Assembly (NCBI GenBank): GCA_030141605.1
Contig: JAQGDQ010000055.1
Location: 730,246 to 794,245 of the forward strand
Direction of reading: 5' to 3'
Length of the DNA: 64,000 nt
From: Tubiluchus corallicola
Taxonomy: Eukaryota > Animalia > Priapulida
Shown here: positions 1-15,100 of the stretch, piece after piece
How positions within the stretch are numbered: position 1 is the stretch's first letter
Layout: each line of letters starts with the position of its first letter
Program-made: the position numbers and the translations under genes
The notes under the pieces: model-generated
What the model was told of the DNA's origin: nothing
Databases searched by the model: none
What the model saw: only the letters and a program-made list of their open reading frames with translations

Positions 1-132
1 CTTTCTCATACATTTTGCAACTTACACGAAATGATATTTTGTAACATGTGTTTTTTTAATTTTAAGAATTGTTGTGTCATTGTTAGATGCTTTTATTTTG
101 CATAAAATACATGGATTTTATTTACCAAACAG

Positions 133-3100
133 GGTAAGATTCCAGACTGTTTTATTTGGCATCAGAGAATATATGGTTGATCACGGATTGAATGACCACC
201 TACAGAATTGTGTTGTTAACTACATGACCACATTGTGGCATAAATATAAGTGAGTTTTATCCTGATTACTCTTGTAAAGCTTTTACTAAGTCTTAGATTA
301 TGTATTTTGTTTGACTAGCTTGTGCAGTTTTTACAGTACATTTGATAACATGAAGGAAACTCTGTAGTGCAGATCATGATTGATAACATTAGTTTTTTTG
401 TTTTTTTTGGTGTACATCACCGTGTTTCTGTCATCCTGATAACTGTTCTGCTATAGATGCTCATATTTATTCAGATTAGGTTTTGGTTATTTTCTTTTTT
501 TGGCAAATACTGTTTTTTTGGTAATTATTTCTCCTATCAACCAAGAATCATATACAATTATATATACAAATATATTAATAGAAAATACCTTGAGCAAAAT
601 GGGAATCATTTTGAAAATTGCCACTTCATTGTGATACTCAGGGGGGCCATATTTGATTCACGCACAGATGGTTTTACCAAACTGAAATGCGGAATTACAT
701 CCTATCCATCTCATTCAGTGTAGATATTATCGTAAAAAAGTTTGCACTTTGCGAATTGTTTCTTTTTCTTTTAAAGAAGTTACTAATCCCTTCCAAAGAT
801 ACACAGACAACTGCAAACTCATTCTTTTCTCGAGAAGGTTCATGCGAAATTTCCCTAAGTTTGGAATTTGGATAGGTTCTGTGAAATGGCAGAATCTGTA
901 CAAGCCCTTAGCCAGTTTAGACAACGAAACTATATCTATGTTACTCTTGTTGAATAAGCTTTGAAGCAGTATCATTACCTACATTACAAATTTACCATTC
1001 CTATAAAAGGGGAAAAAGTAATGATTTTTGGTTTTTACTTTTGGCTGCCTCAGTTCTTTAAAGGAAGACAGGGTGATTTTTCATATACTACCCCATTTTG
1101 AAGTATGCTAAAAAGTATACTTTTTAACACCAATAATACTGGAAAAGCAGTTCTGATAGATTAAAACCTTAATTAATTGCGGCCGAACCCAACTATTGAT
1201 GACATCACAAACTAACATAATTTTCAACAGCAAAAACATTCCACGAGTGTATTGCACGTGTTTGCGAAAGCGAAAATTAAAGTATAGTGCTACTATAAGA
1301 TATTCAGCATGTTGTACTAAACTAGGCAAATTTTAATAGAAAAATTCAAATTTCAAATTTACCACTGTGGTCACACATCTAAACTGAGAGGTACAGCACC
1401 TGTTTTTCTGCAATGTGTTTCTGAAGTGCAGGCACTAGTGCCTGTCTAACTAGCAAATGGCGAAATGCATGTAGCAGCGAAGAACTAGTGGCGCGAACGT
1501 GAAATTGTGTTTGTGTGGTAATAATTCTTTCACGTAACTCATTTTTGTAAAAATAGTATGTTCCCTTTCAGTATTTTAAAGAGTAGATTGTTTTGACATA
1601 CAGTTTGGGTCCGGTTTTGCTTTAAAGGAAAGCCATCTCGAGAAATGTTAGAAGGATTTAATAATAAAAGTATGTTAAACACTTCGTGTAACTAATAAAA
1701 TTACTTTAAAGTCCTGACCATTTCACGCTTGGGCGCTCGCATTTTGAATGCCAGTTCTTCCACCAACGATGTTGTTTACTGACTTAAGAAAAGCAGCAGA
1801 GTGTCAGTTTCCATCAAGAATATAATAATTCTTTACAAGAAATTAGATATCTAATTTTATCATGTTTTAAATGAACATTAGTTATGTTGCAGAAGTTTGA
1901 ATTTGTTTGATCAGCACATGGTTACGGAAAGCCATAATGTGTTCGATATCCACCAGTTACAGCATATTATAATTTTCAAATGAATGGCGGCTAGTATAAA
2001 TTATGCTTCATAAACAGTTTTTTTGCAAATTTTTTATATTTCTCTAAGTTTGATTGATTAAGTATGTAATAAACCCAACATACTGAGCTGATGTGTCCTT
2101 TTTTTTAAAGAAATGCCTGTTCACAAGCCTGTTCACAAGCTCGAACACTTATCCATATATCTATAAATGGCCGTAAGGTGAGAAGCTGTGTGGCATGAAG
2201 AATTGTATTTTTTGTAGGGCTTTGTACAACTGCAGTAAGATGCTTCGTAGCATACTGCATTTTAGAGAAGAAAGGTTAATAGGGCAACCAAGGGTTGTTT
2301 ATGCAGACATTCCAGAATCATTACAGCAAGACATAGCTGTTATAGATGCAGAATTTTTATTATCGGTAAGTAACAATCTCATGACAATGTTAAGAAATGC
2401 CGAATTGAATTCATTTACTATCACTGAAAAGTATGTTGTTTCATTAGATTTGCTTCCTTGTGAATTAGCAAAGCAGTGCTGTATTTCTTTATAAGTGTAT
2501 TATTTACTAATGAGATGTTCAGGCCTTTGCACCACTACATGACTATGTTACACACTTCAGTTTTCCTGGCAGTCACACATTCGTTTACTGACCCTTACTC
2601 AGTGTTGCTTAATTTTTCTAACAATGCACAAAATGTAGCTCTTAAAATTAAAACTTTGAATTGCTAGGAATGTAGTATTCAAATGTAGATTGACAGGAAT
2701 ATTTTTCCCAGTGCTAAAATATGTACTTGGTATGCAATCCTGCAGACTGATTGTGGCACTTAATCTGCTTCTTTTCATGTATTATCTGTTTAGACAAATG
2801 TAGTGTGACTATGGAAATTCTTTAGTCAGTGATTTATCCATTGAGTTTCTACTGAAGTCTTTCTGATGTTGTCAGGTGCCTTTATTTCAAGAGTTGAACC
2901 TTAAGTTTATGAAGGAGCTGTTGACTAGAGTGAAAACCTACGTTTTTAGACCCGAGGAGATTGTTGTTTATGCTGGTGATCTTGGAAGCGAGATGTACTG
3001 CATTCGGAGAGGAATATGTGAGGTACATTACAGTAAGTCCTCGCTTAACGACATAATGTGTTCCGGCAAAACGTGACGTTAAGCGAAACCTCATTAAACG

Positions 3101-6100
3101 AAGCCAAGACTCCTATAGAAACTAATGTAAAAGAACTAAGATATGTTCCAGAGGCAAAAATCAATTCTGCTTAAACCATATAAATTAACTATTTTTTAAG
3201 TTTTCAGTTGATTAATTTCTTAGTGTGCTGTGGCGGCAGTGCTAGTATTTGTGACGAAAATGATTTAAGCAGAACGATTAAAAAATCTTGCAAATTATCC
3301 AATAGCAATTTTTCAAATATGGATATTTTATACGAAAAAGCATATGTAATGGAAACACTTCCTCAATTTTGCTTGTCAGTTCGCAGTTCTGGCAGTCCTC
3401 GGATTGGCATTTCTGAATGCTCTGGTAGATTTTTATTGATTAGAGCTATTAATGTGAGATATATGTGGCTCTCATTCCTGCAGCTATGAAGCTGTTACAA
3501 GGTAGTACACTGGTTTAAACAATGGGATTATGGGTGTTAATTAATTGACTGTTGTATAACACTTTCCATGTATTTTCTTTGTTTAACTCCTTCAGGACCG
3601 TAAGCTTTTGTTGCATTTTGCATGGGTTCATGAAAAACTGCTTTTACTGAGCAGCGATTACATTATATTTGGTAATTTTTGTAGGTTCCTACTCCTCACA
3701 CAATGAATTTTCATGGAGAATTATACATGAATTGCATATGAATTAGAATTAGACAATTGAATTAGACAAAATCAAAATTGATTTTTGATAAATAAATTGA
3801 AAAGGGCTTTCAGTAACTGTAGTGTTTGCACGTAACAATATACAATATCATTTGTGTGAATTCGGCTAATGCAGAAAATGTCAACCATCCTGACACAACA
3901 CTCTGATACCCTTTGGTTTCAAATCTACTCTATTTTTAAGGATAAACTACTGTTAGAAGATGAAAGGACCTGAATTTGTTCTTTTCTAATCTGTTGGTTT
4001 TTCCTGGAATAGCAGCAGAACACTGCACAGCTTGGGCTGTAGAAAGCAGGCGATCAATAAATTAGTGCATGCGATCACGCAAGTATACATCAGACTAAGC
4101 TACTCGATAGACTAAGTTGGAATGCCTGAAAGGGGCGTGTTTTTCTTAATTTTATCCAATTGAATAACATGATTGGATAGCGATATTCTCCTGAATAGAA
4201 CAGTACCTTATTTGTAATCATTTAGTTATGTATGTGCTCATACAGTAGCAGAAAAGTCAAAGCAAGACATTTTGAATGGTGGGGTCCTGAAGGAATTAAG
4301 TGCCGTGAGTAAAATTTCTGTCTGTACCAGTATAATGTGTACACTGCAGTACTGTTTTTGCAAAGAGATAGTGTGGAACTGTATGGTAAAGCTAAAGGAA
4401 ATTTCCTTTGGGGTCAAAAAAATTTATATAATCTACATGTTTTAACTTATTAATTGTGGGTTTATTCAACCAAAACTTTTTTTCATGTTGTCTTCCTAAA
4501 TGAACTGTCATTTGGTGCTTTTCAGATTGTAACTCAAGACCTGGTTGAAGTCCTTGGAGAAATCGGTCCTGGGCAGTCGTTTCGTGACATGTGCTTACTA
4601 GTTGATGATTATTCTATATGTACCATCCGTGCTGTAACGTATGTGGAGCTGTTAGTACTGAGGCGAAAAGATATGATGCAGTTGGTCAGCCAATATCCGA
4701 TTATCAACAATCAGTTTCAGGCTCTGAAATGCTCTTTGCCAGATTTACAGGCAAAGATGAAGCAGCTTGGCAGTCGCTTGAACGCTGACACAGATGCAAG
4801 AGTAAGTTTATTAAATGATGATGTGCTCAGTTAAATCTTTGCACCTGATCAGCAGTGCTGCCTTTGTCTAGGTAATGTACAAGCCACGTACTTCTTAAAA
4901 GCTTCTTTTGTTGAAACCATTTATAGTTGTCAAAGAGTGGCAGTTTATTGGCACTGTGTTGCCTGTGTTGCACAATGCTAAAACTCCTCGACGTTAGTCT
5001 TTTCACTTGAAGTACAGATAATAAATAGATCTATTTGAAAATGAAATAGTTCTCAACTGAGACTTGCCATGGTCATAAACTGTAAAACAAGTCAAAACTC
5101 AAAATGACCTTAAGGTTTCAAAAAATTTTTATGTTCTCCTTCAGAAGCTTTCTCCTTTTTCTCTCGCTTTTTGCTTTCTCGTGCGTAAATGGTTTATTTA
5201 GCAGTCATTGCTCTCATTTTGTTTACGTAATATGTATTTAACGTAAAGAAACTGACAAAAGGACTCACTGAAACATAACATGTTGCTGAAGCTTGTGCAT
5301 TTTACGTGTGACTAAAAGATATGTGCATACGTGCAAGTAACCCAATGCTTTGCATTTGGAACTGGTTTTGTATTACACTCATACCTCGGTTTGCCAGTCA
5401 AAAGCGGGGCGACGTCGGTCCGAATTTGCCAGTTGTCTGTATTGTCCAATATTAAGCTAATACAGTATATTAGACTCATGGTAATGTAGAATCAATCGCC
5501 TAATTGTCTCAAAAACGTCTAGTACAGGCCACTCCTGTGCAAAAGTGTATAAAAACTGTCGGCAGTTGACTCGAATAGTTCCGCATAATTGATTCTATAT
5601 TTTTATACATAGAGATATACATGTGGTTACACTGATGTACGTGATGTAAACAAAGTGACCACATGCCATCTAGCGGTCAGCTTGTGAAACAACGGACTGT
5701 GGGACTTTTAACGGACCAGATTTTATCCGATATCTGTAAAAGCAAAGTCCGGCAAACCGAGATATGAGTGTAGTTTCTTTCTCCTTTTGTCTTTTTTTGC
5801 TTCTTTGGCTTTTTCCTTTTTCAAAAAGCTTTCTTTTTTCCCTCAAAAGTTTATAATAGATACTCTAACAGTTGTAAATCAGAGTAAAAACCCAGTTAAT
5901 GTTGAAGTTCAGGTGCTATTTTTCAGGTGCGTTCATTCTTGGATATTAGCGTTAGTAAGCCGGATGCATCTGTGGGCGCTTCCTCTTTTAGAACATCCTC
6001 ATCACCAAATACAACTGATAATCTTGAAGAAGACAATGCATTTATTCGTTTCTTCTTGTTATCGTAAGAATTAGTATAATTATTATTTCATTTAATAAGA

Positions 6101-9100
6101 CGTAAAATTTCATTGTGCTGTTTCCTTGGTTATTTGTGGCAGTTCATCATATTTTTTTTGTGACATCGTTAGTGAATTAAGTACATGAATTAAAACTTCT
6201 GTTCTTTGCATAAAATTACTGCAATACATTAAGCTGACAGTCTTTGTCAGCTGCTTCATGCTAACACCTGTATAGTGAACTACAAAATAAAGGGCTCAAT
6301 ACTTCTGGTAATGCTGTGCATTTAATTAGTGAGTAAAATACATTCTTTTTTGGAGTGACAGTTCAAACTGTCTGAAATAAAAGATTAATGGACAGTACTT
6401 TATTTTTGACTAATTGCTATCTCAGCAGGCTTTTTATTTGTTTAACAGAACGACGTACCTGCCTAACAGTCGGTTTGCCGTGATGTGGGTTTCTGTACAG
6501 TTTGTTGTTGCAGTTCTAGTTTGCTTTTGCGTTCCACTACAGGCATCCGTTTTTCATCGTAGTCTCTGTATTTGGATCATTGGATATGTACTGGATGTAC
6601 TTATTATCACAAACATGTAAGGGATAGCAGCGTGCCTTCACATGACTGTGTTTACATTTTAAAATCCAAGGTTCACGTTTGTCAGAAAGCTAAAAACCAG
6701 TCCATTGACATACCTTTTCTTATACCCTTTCATAACCTTTTGCGTGGTATGGGGAGGGGACTGTTAGAAAGACAACAAGTAAAAGTATAGACCAACTTAT
6801 TATGCCAAAGTATTGCTCAAACAGTAGTGAATCTATCGTGCCCTCAAAATTTGTTGTAGAAGCATTGTATGTTTCGCACAGCCTGTCATTGTGAGTCCAT
6901 GATGGGAACAATGACTCATAGCACTCAATTTTCGCTTTATTTAAAGTAATTTAGGCAAGATTCTTCTGTGGTTTTTGATATCTAGGAGAAAAGAAAAGAC
7001 AAATTGGATAAACACTAGTAAAACCTCGGAAAAATGCTATCGAAAATAAAATTTTGGCTACAAAATTTAATAAAATTCACTGAAACCAAAACTTAACCGA
7101 AAGTGCTATTATCGGCAAACAAAAACGAAAATTTTGGTTCATTAACATCCCTGCTGGCCACATAATGGATTCAGTACTATTCCAGTAGTACTTTGATGTA
7201 ATAAATTGTTTTCTACTGTTACTCATTGCTTCTGAAACCACCAGCTGACAGAGCATTATGTAGCTCGCTGCATTAAATCCAGGAATGTTTTTTGAGACAA
7301 TACATTTTTGTAGTATTTTGAGTTTGCTTTATTTTCATTAGATTCAAAAAAACTTTGACACAACCAATTTATATAAACAGTGTTTAACAATGTTATGATG
7401 AACGATTGTTAAGACAGATTAAAAATAGTCTTTGAGACAAAAAAGCGTTCTAACCTTTTTCGTTTTAGGTATGTGAAGCTGCACACCTGTTACTATGACA
7501 ATAATAACCAGCTTATAACACACCCGGTGTCCACTGCAAGACATTACTTCAGGACAGGTTTTTGGATAGACTTTGTGTCTGTCGTTCCATTTGAGATTAT
7601 TCCGTTGTTTCTGTCTATTTTTATTCACCATAACGTGAGTGTGCTGAACATCATGGCCGTGTGTCGTATAAATCGCTTAATTTGTTGTTGCTGCCACCTT
7701 CACCTTACGTTTAGTTTTCTGGAAGAAAGTATGGAACATGATTGTGTTCTGGTCAGGTATAGTTTAACATTTGTAGTGTATCAAGTATCTTTATGATGTT
7801 GATTGCCAGTTTTTACTTGTTGCTGTTTGTTTGTTCAGTAAATATTTTACTTGAACGTTTTGTGCCAGTTTATATATATTAAGTACATTATATTAAGCTG
7901 ATGAGCACTATTATTGGGATTCAGCAAGTGCACTCTATCTTAGATGCAGGACGTTTGTCTTCTGTATTTCGGTTCAACTACATTTTTTTTATTTTAGAAA
8001 AATCAAGTTTCTGCTTTATTCGCTAATCTTCGTCAATCTCATGGCTTGCAAGATGTTTGGAAGAGCATGCGGTCCGCTACTGCAACTGTTTAGTCAAGAC
8101 AAGCCAACTGCAGAATCTTGTTTCCGTGACTACTGGATGCGAAGAGTCAATTTTACTTTAGAAGTACGACTGTGAATATGGCTTTAACTAGATGTGTTAC
8201 TGCACTTTACTACTTCTACTTCTACTTCTACTTCTACTTCTACTACTGCTTTTCCACTTTTTAGTTATATGCTAATAATTTGTAAACTGTCCATTTGCTA
8301 CATCTGATCCTTAAGCCAGTTTTTGCCTGTTTCATTTCTAAAAGCCATTGAGTTGTCTGGTGATTCTTATCAATATTTATTCAGATTGTCTGCATGAAAG
8401 CTTGAATATTTTAAAACCTTGCAGTACATTATATAAAAAATGCAGACAATTTCTCTGTTTGAAATGCTGCATCAAGTTTGTTTTTCAAAGTGCAGTATTG
8501 TGCAGCTGTTAAGAGGTGGTTAAATAGTTACACTTTAGTCGTTACCATTTACAAAGTGTAGACATCTAGCCGATTTGTAAACATTAATAACAACATGAGG
8601 ACTAGAAAAGGGGTAACTGAAGTAGGTTTCAGAAAATTGCCTTTAAAAATTATATATATTACTTTATAGCAATTTTATGCATATATCGTACTCGCGTTGA
8701 AAGGTATCTTTGTTTGTTTTCATTTTAAATTTCCCACAGTACTGGTCCAAAGTCGCCATTACATGATGTCATTACGCACAATGTAAGTCAGGGTGAAGGA
8801 AAGGAAATGTTAAACTATGTCTCAAAAAATTTTCCATGCAAATCTATATTGCTTAGAATTTCGCTTGCCTGCTTGATAAACTTATGTAACTAGAAAAGAA
8901 AATTCTTGAAAATTTAAAATGTTCGCGCCAGTTAGTAAAATGTCGCTGACTCACTCATCAAAAATTTATTTTTAAACTTAATGATAAGATACAGTAATTG
9001 AAAATCTTACTTAGTTAGTAATGTGTGCGCTATAAATGTTCTGATTATTTTTGCAAGCTTCACTCAGTATTATCTAAACTTGTTTCAAATGACTTATTGT

Positions 9101-12100
9101 CAAAATTTCTGCGCCTACAGTTTTATACAGCGTAAGTGAGTCATGTAAGTGATATAAAATTTGAGAAATTTTTTAAGTTTTATGTAAATGGAAGGTGTTC
9201 CTGTGCTTTAAGTTTTCTTTCACTGTGTATTTTGAACTGAGTTCACATTTAACTCAGTAAACTCACATAACTTTAAATCGAATTATTGTTTACTGCAGGA
9301 TGAAAGTTGGTACGTTAACTATGTGGCTAGCTTATACTGGGCGTCGTCTACTGTCATGTCAGTAGGCTTCGGAGACATTCATGCAGAATCTTTGTCGGAT
9401 GTTGGGCTCACAATGGCAATGATGGTTGCTGGTTCTCTGTTCTTTGCTTATGCAATTGGAAGCCTTGCAGCAAGTTTCACTAATGCAGATTCAATCAGAG
9501 TTTCTTATCTGACGAAAACACTTGTTCTGCGTGACTTCATGCAGGTGATCTGAACAAAATTAATTAACTTGTAAAATTTCAAAGTTGTGTAACGTCTTGA
9601 CCTTGAATTGCATGACATGCAAACCAGATAAAACTAGTGGACTTTATTATCAAAACCTGTGGTAAGATTCTGCTTCTGTGCTAGCAGATACTTTGAATGA
9701 CAGCTTTTGCTTTGTATTTACGATTAAAAAATGTTTTTCAAAATAATTAACTAGTAAGTATGGTTGTGCTTATTATTAGCCACGGTTACTTGACACTGGA
9801 AGCATTGATGTCCCCGACCCCCTCCCGATTTCGGATTTTGCACCGTAGCGGAACATTTTGCCTCACACAAATGGCCCACATTTAGCCAACACATCTAACC
9901 ACACCAAAATTGTGGCCCTGTCTTAAAAAATGTAGTAGTGATCCAGTCTGACGAAAGAAAGCCCTGCCATTCTGTGACCTATCACCTGTTTGTTGACCAT
10001 ATAAATATAAATCACCCTAGCTGGGGAGTGTATTCTGCGAATTTCATGACCCTAGCCCTGTACATGAGTTATTATTAAGAGAAAGAAAAAGGCTCAAATA
10101 ATAATAAAGAAGTAAAGAAGAAAGAAAGAAAAACCGTAGATAAATCAAGAAATTTCTGCTCTAAAGTACAATCTTAATTATCTGCTGTTTACTTCAATAT
10201 AAAAATTTAGAATTTTGTAAGAACACCAATTTAGTTCTCAAAAGTAGTATCTCAGAAGTGTTTTGGTTTCTTAGCCATGGACTAAAATGAATGTTTGATG
10301 GAATTATTAAATAGTTTTCTGATTTTTTATAGATTTTGTTTTACTTCAGACAGAAAAAATGGATCCCACACTCATCAAGCGAGTGATGGGTCATTATAAA
10401 CATCTGTGGCACCATGCAAAGGGAATAGATGCAAAGTACTTGTTTGAAAGCTTGCCCCCTTCAATGATGGGAGACGTAACATTGTCACTTTATGATTTTG
10501 TTATTAGTAAGGTATATTTTTCACTTGGCATTTATGCAAAAAGTATGTACTGTTTTCTTTTTAAAGCAAATATACAATTTCTATTACTAAAAATCGCATG
10601 TCTATGTGTGTTTATGCCTACTGGACTACCTAACTTGTAGCAGTGGGACTGACTAATCGATTTAATCAATTATAATTGATTGGGCTTTTATTTTGCATCA
10701 GCGATTATTTTTTCAGCTTTCGCGTAAATCCAATACATTGTCAATACAATTTGCACTTGTTTTTCGGAAAAACTGTGTAAAATCGTGCAATAAACATGGC
10801 CGTCTTTGTGGTAAAATCAAGCAATATGGCACTTACGTTGTGCAATGGCTTATCGTCTTAGCGAAACTGCTTAGATGTGAAGGTTTCTTATAAGCACAAG
10901 GGCACATGGTTTTTGTAAACAAAAATAACTTGTATAAGCATACACACGACAACAACAGTTTTGTTGGACTCTTTTGCGAACTGTAAACTAATGAAGTAAA
11001 CTTAATAATTTAAAACTCTTTCATAACTTTCTACAATTTTTACTCTTTCTGTCAATATTGGTTAAAACAGCAGTGGTTAAGATAATAAAGTTGTTTGTTA
11101 AAAGTGCTTTTTGTTAAAAGTTTGGAAATTACTCTCATTTTTTATGCCTAAAAACTGGATTTCGTATCCGATTAATCAATTATGAAAATGAAACTGACAT
11201 CCCACCACTACTAACTTGTGTGTTGGGCACCTGTTTAATATAAAACATTTCAAATACCATGAATTCTTTTAGTTGTATATTGGTAGAAACCTGTTAGTAT
11301 AAGTCATATATGAATATTATTTAAAAAAATTCCTTGTACCTCAATATAACTTTTTCTGCTATACTGAGATATGCCAGCTCCAAGATCAAAGCTTTTAGTA
11401 ATATATAATTTTCTGTCGTTATACATACACACGGAGTGACTGGGTTACAAATTTGTATATACAGTAGGTGCCGCTTAATACACTCACATTTGGATAGAAG
11501 TATTTTGACCCAATTAACCGACTGAATGCAATTATTTTTTAAGAATACTAATTTGTATGAGTGAATTAATAAAAAAGTAAAAAGAAAAATCGCTCAGATC
11601 TGATTATTACCACTAAAACTTACAAACAATCATGTAAGGATGGTTGCTTCATTTCTTCACGGAGAAGTTGGTTTATGAAAGTTTCTAATACTGATAAAAA
11701 CGTTGAAAATCTGTTGCTGTATGCTGTACATATTCACTCAAAACACATAGTCACCTAATGCTTGAACTGCAGTTGGTGATGACCTTGTTTATCCTGTGGA
11801 AATCAGCAGTAGGCCAGAAGCTTCAAAAGCACGCCACTGGGCAAGTAATTAAATGTTTAGCATCCAGAACAACAAGGTTAACTGCAGTGGGCAAGCGGCT
11901 GACTGATTCAAAGCCAAATTGCTAGGCTAGCGTAATGGATGCATGTGATAAACATACATGCTTACAAACAAAGCTGTATTTAACGTGACTGTTAACTACG
12001 TATATTATAGTGCACAAAAGCAAAGTAAAAGATGACGTTAAAGTAGTAAAAGCTCTTTAGTCACACACTAATGTCTTATTCTAAGTATGTGAAGGAAAAT

Positions 12101-15100
12101 ATTGAGTTAATTATGAGGAGTTATTTGAGTCAATTACTGGTGGTTTTTATATATATTTGAATATGCCTGGCGAATTTGAGTCAATTAAGCGACTGATTCT
12201 ATTAACTGTGAGTCTAATAAACGGTGCCTACTGTATTTGTAATTTAGTTTAACATAGAGTAGCCGCTTATTTCTTCCTTACTGTACACAAACTTTCATTA
12301 AATTACAAGTGCGGTCAAAGAAATTAGCAGCTCTGAAAACTTTATTACATACAACATCAATGCACACATTTGTGTGGGACTATGGTTGTCAGTCGTGTGA
12401 GTTACTTGGTTGTAAAAAGTCATTTTTTATGTCAATGAATAATTGAATACTTGCGATTAATTTTTGGAAGCTTTAAGAAGGTATATCTGTTCTACTTAAT
12501 TGATAATACATTTAAGTTTATGTTGAGCTTATAAGCACCAGTGGCGGCTTAGCTAAAATTACTGATGGTCCTGTTTCAGAAAATGTTTACCCATTATTTT
12601 AGTACTGTGTAAAACGAAACAAATATGTGTAATTTTAGTGTTGTAATTTGTAATTGTAATTAAAGCCAAACAAACATTCGAAAATTTATACACAAACTTG
12701 ATAAAACCCTAAACAAAAATATTATTTGCTTGCGAATAGCCTAAATTGTCGCAGTTCAAGAATATGCCGATACACGGCTTTTAAGCACGTGACAACGGAC
12801 AACAGACTGCATGAGCAAGAGTACTCTTCTTGCGTAAAGTGCAGCATCTTATCTCAGACATGTGCGCATGGCCGCATGCACACAGCAGCCAAACACCATG
12901 TTGCTTGAGCTGTGATTGCACTGCACTTGGCTGTGAAGCAATGGTACTACCTCACGTGCTCTGTACCGTACAGTATAAAAGAAAGAACTAAAGAAAAAAG
13001 ATTTATTATATTGAATATTATCGATAATATTGAGTGAAAATAGGGGTTGCTGCATTTCCACATTACCTATACACGAGCCGCCACTAATAAGCACTATTAT
13101 TGCAATTGGACAGACTTTGTCAAATTATTTCTTCACCATTCAAAACGATTAGGAAGGCTTTTTCGTAGATACGTACGGAAATGTTTTTTCGAAAAGACTT
13201 CTCTGCTTGAAAATGTTTCTAACATTTTTAGTGATTATGCAATTTATAGAAAGGCAGGTTTTCTAAGATGTGCTGTTAATGCATTTATAACAGATTCCAG
13301 AATTTAAAGAAACTGATCTTGGCTTCCGCAAGTTACTATCGACATCAGTAAGGCCGTTGTATGTAATGAAAGGGGAATATGTTGTACGCAAGCATGACGT
13401 TGGCTATGAGGTAAGTTATTCTTAAAATCATGTGTTGTTATTTAAATTCCATTTAATATTGAAATCATTAATATTAAAAACTGCTCAAAGCTTGTCAATA
13501 CTTTTCTTATAATCTCTGACTTTTGCAGATATGTAACGTTTTTTGTTTATTTGCTATTTTAGATATATTTCATTCAACGGGGCACTGTCGCTGTTGTTTC
13601 AGAGGACAGTGGACGAATATATGACACAATGACCACAGGGAGCTTCTTTGGAGAAATTGCAGTTTTATACGGGACAAGGCGCAATGCGTCTGTGAGGTTA
13701 GCTATAATACATAGTAATTTAACTCTTTCCTTGGCCTTTTTTATTAGTCTCTGTTCTGTGTCTTTACAAAACTAGCATCCGTGTTCCTGCTTCTATTGAA
13801 GAGTTTATCTTGTGCAGGAATTCAAAATTCATTGTTTTATGTTTGGAATAAATTTAATTCAAAATTCATTTATGTTACAGAGCCGAGCAAAACTGTGATC
13901 TTTTTGTGCTGCACAAGGATGCTTTGGACAGCGTTTTGGAACTTTATCCAAACGTTAAGAAACAAGTTTATGCGATAGCGAGGAAGAGACGTGAAGCAGC
14001 TACTGAACGCAGTGAACTCTTTCTTCAAGCAGATCGAAGGGTAAGTAAATTATTGTTATTTTGTTTAGTCAAGGTAAGTTTAATCTTACTCTTAAAGTAA
14101 AACTAAGCATATCTGGTATTTTAAACGAGCAGATTGTTTTATTACAACAAGATATAGTGAGAATAGACAGTAAGTCGCTTGAACTAGTGCGAGGTTTTGC
14201 CAATTTTAGTTTTAAGTTTAGTCTTTTGAGATGACAAGTTTGCTGGCTTTAATCTGGTTTGGCATTTTGTTTTATTTTGGCATTTTCCAAACGTGACAGA
14301 AAGTGCTTTTAACTGAAGGGTGACTTGCAAAGAGTTAACCACTCGGTATCAAAACTGAATACGAAGTTTGCAAACTTATGTATGCAGAAATGCTTTAAAT
14401 GCTGTTTTAATATGGTCAAAGCTGCTTTCAAAGCGAATTTATCTTAATTACTGCTTTGTTGTGCATCTAACTTTATGGTTTATTTTTGTTTGTTTGTTTA
14501 CAGAGTTCTTTTCAACTAGCTGGAGTGAGTCGTAAGTAAACTAACCTGCGATTGCACCTTTAATCCTATTAGGGATAGTCAATTAAGTAGCTTGTTTACC
14601 TTAATGCAGAGATTAGTTTTTCAACACAAAGTGTGTTAACAGAGTTAATGTGTTGTGTGCGAAAGCGACCACAAGAGTTAAGCTAATGACACATCTGCGA
14701 TTCGCGTACACGTTTAGCGTCTCTGGTGTTACGCGCTGCTCAAGGTGATATGCTAGGTTAGATTGACTGGGTTGGCACGTACGCGTGTCATGCAAGAAAT
14801 GCAGTACTTGCTTATTTGGCAGGAGTTTGTGTAATCCTGTTTACTGTGAGTGATGCAGATAAAAAAATTATTTGTCTGATGATTGTTGCTTAGACAAAAA
14901 AGAAGAAGAAGAAGAAAAAAATATAATTTGGCAGCATGAGGTATAAACACGGCGCTTATCATAGACTATTGCCTGATCTACAATCTTGTGATTTATTTGC
15001 GTTCAAATTTTTTTTATGAATGGATGTTCAAACCCTCAGTGAATTAGTTGACTTGATTATGCCTTTCATTGAACATCAGAACACTAAATTTAGATACTGT

